A DNA stretch of 32,000 nucleotides from Thermodesulfobacteriota bacterium (GTDB taxonomy: Bacteria > Desulfobacterota > WTBG01 > JAGOGO01), in the NCBI GenBank assembly GCA_026625185.1, contig CP113000.1, positions 585,622 through 617,621 of the forward strand. The letters run 5' to 3'. This document shows, piece after piece, positions 31,682 through 32,000 of this stretch. The notes under the pieces were generated by a model. That model made no database searches, had not been told where the DNA came from, and was given only the letters and a program-made list of their open reading frames with translations. Every line of letters starts with the position of its first letter. Position 1 is the stretch's first letter. The translations under genes were made by a program, and so were the position numbers.

Positions 31682-32000
31682 ATGATTCCAAAAAGGTTAA
31701 AGGCTGCCGTTGTTATTATTTTAATAATTTCTTTGTTTGGCGGCTGTGCAAGGTTTGAGCAGAAGCTTTTTGATTGGGGCCTGTGCTTCGAGCGGCAAAG
31801 GTCCGATTTGGTTTCTCGAACCATTCACGTGGATGGGCAAAACATTGCCTATTTAGAGCGACCGGGGGAAGGCCAAACTATTGTCCTGCTGCACGGATTC
31901 GGGGCCAATAAAGATACCTGGATTCGTTTTGTTCGTTATCTGCCCAAAAAATTCCGGATACTCGCCATTGATATGCCGGGTCATGGAGACAACAGCCGGA
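31682..32000 (+). CDS. Alpha/beta-hydrolase-fold lipoprotein, N-terminal 106 aa; runs off the right edge
   Basis: Not in the ORF track because it has no stop. My translation is MIPKRLKAAVVIILIISLFGGCARFEQ...IHVDGQNIAYLERPGEGQTIVLLHGFGANKDTWIRFVRYLPKKFRILAIDMPGHGDNS. It has a signal peptide with a lipobox-like LFGGC, then the HGFG oxyanion-hole motif typical of alpha/beta hydrolases. Confidence 0.7.
   Translation, partial: MIPKRLKAAVVIILIISLFGGCARFEQKLFDWGLCFERQRSDLVSRTIHVDGQNIAYLERPGEGQTIVLLHGFGANKDTWIRFVRYLPKKFRILAIDMPGHGDNSR

Noticed and set aside
31546-31758. 70-aa plus-strand ORF
   Set aside because: It overlaps, in another frame, the start of the lipoprotein hydrolase gene, which has a proper signal peptide and the HGFG motif. 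This ORF is Cys- and Arg-rich with no SD.
1-32000. Search for CRISPR arrays, tRNA, rRNA, integrase or transposase genes and prophage content
   Set aside because: None was recognised. The only repeats are the short intergenic elements reported above, and all long ORFs are accounted for by lipid-related genes.

Overview
This 32-kb window is almost entirely an envelope-lipid locus from a diderm (Gram-negative) bacterium whose taxon I cannot determine. No rRNA, tRNA, CRISPR array or transposase gene was recognised.

Gene content, left to right:
- 1-10.0 kb (minus strand): a lipid A 4-amino-4-deoxy-L-arabinose (Ara4N) cluster. Two extra GT-C glycosyltransferase paralogs are followed by arnB-arnC-arnA-arnD, a single arnE-like gene, and arnT (truncated at the window edge).
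- 10.0-13.3 kb (minus strand): a visibly AT-rich module. It holds an ICMT/PEMT-family membrane methyltransferase, an OmpR-family response regulator with its histidine kinase, and a relic of a second kinase 3-prime end.
- 13.4-16.6 kb (minus strand): a tightly coupled operon of a CDP-alcohol phosphatidyltransferase, a DAGK-type lipid kinase and a Tam41-like nucleotidyltransferase.
- 17.1-18.1 kb: a metallophosphoesterase.
- 18.3-20.5 kb: lptG and lptF.
- 21.2-24.3 kb: a GNAT-like N-acyltransferase (candidate bacterial ceramide synthase) and two convergent nucleotidyltransferases.
- 24.3-25.3 kb: a roughly 1-kb AT-rich noncoding region holding an element bounded by perfect 17-bp inverted repeats.
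- 25.3-31.5 kb: fatty acyl-AMP ligase, SDR reductase, ACP, serine palmitoyltransferase and an MsbA-like ABC exporter, followed by a partial lipoprotein hydrolase.

Most interesting reading: a complete bacterial sphingolipid pathway whose head-group genes suggest a CDP-dependent phosphosphingolipid route, possibly through CDP-ceramide. It sits beside LptFG and beside a lipid A decoration regulon.

That regulon is marked by a conserved 38-bp, four-repeat operator found upstream of both lipid A modification transcription units.

All functional calls rest on reading the translated ORFs against family motifs recalled from memory. No database search was possible.
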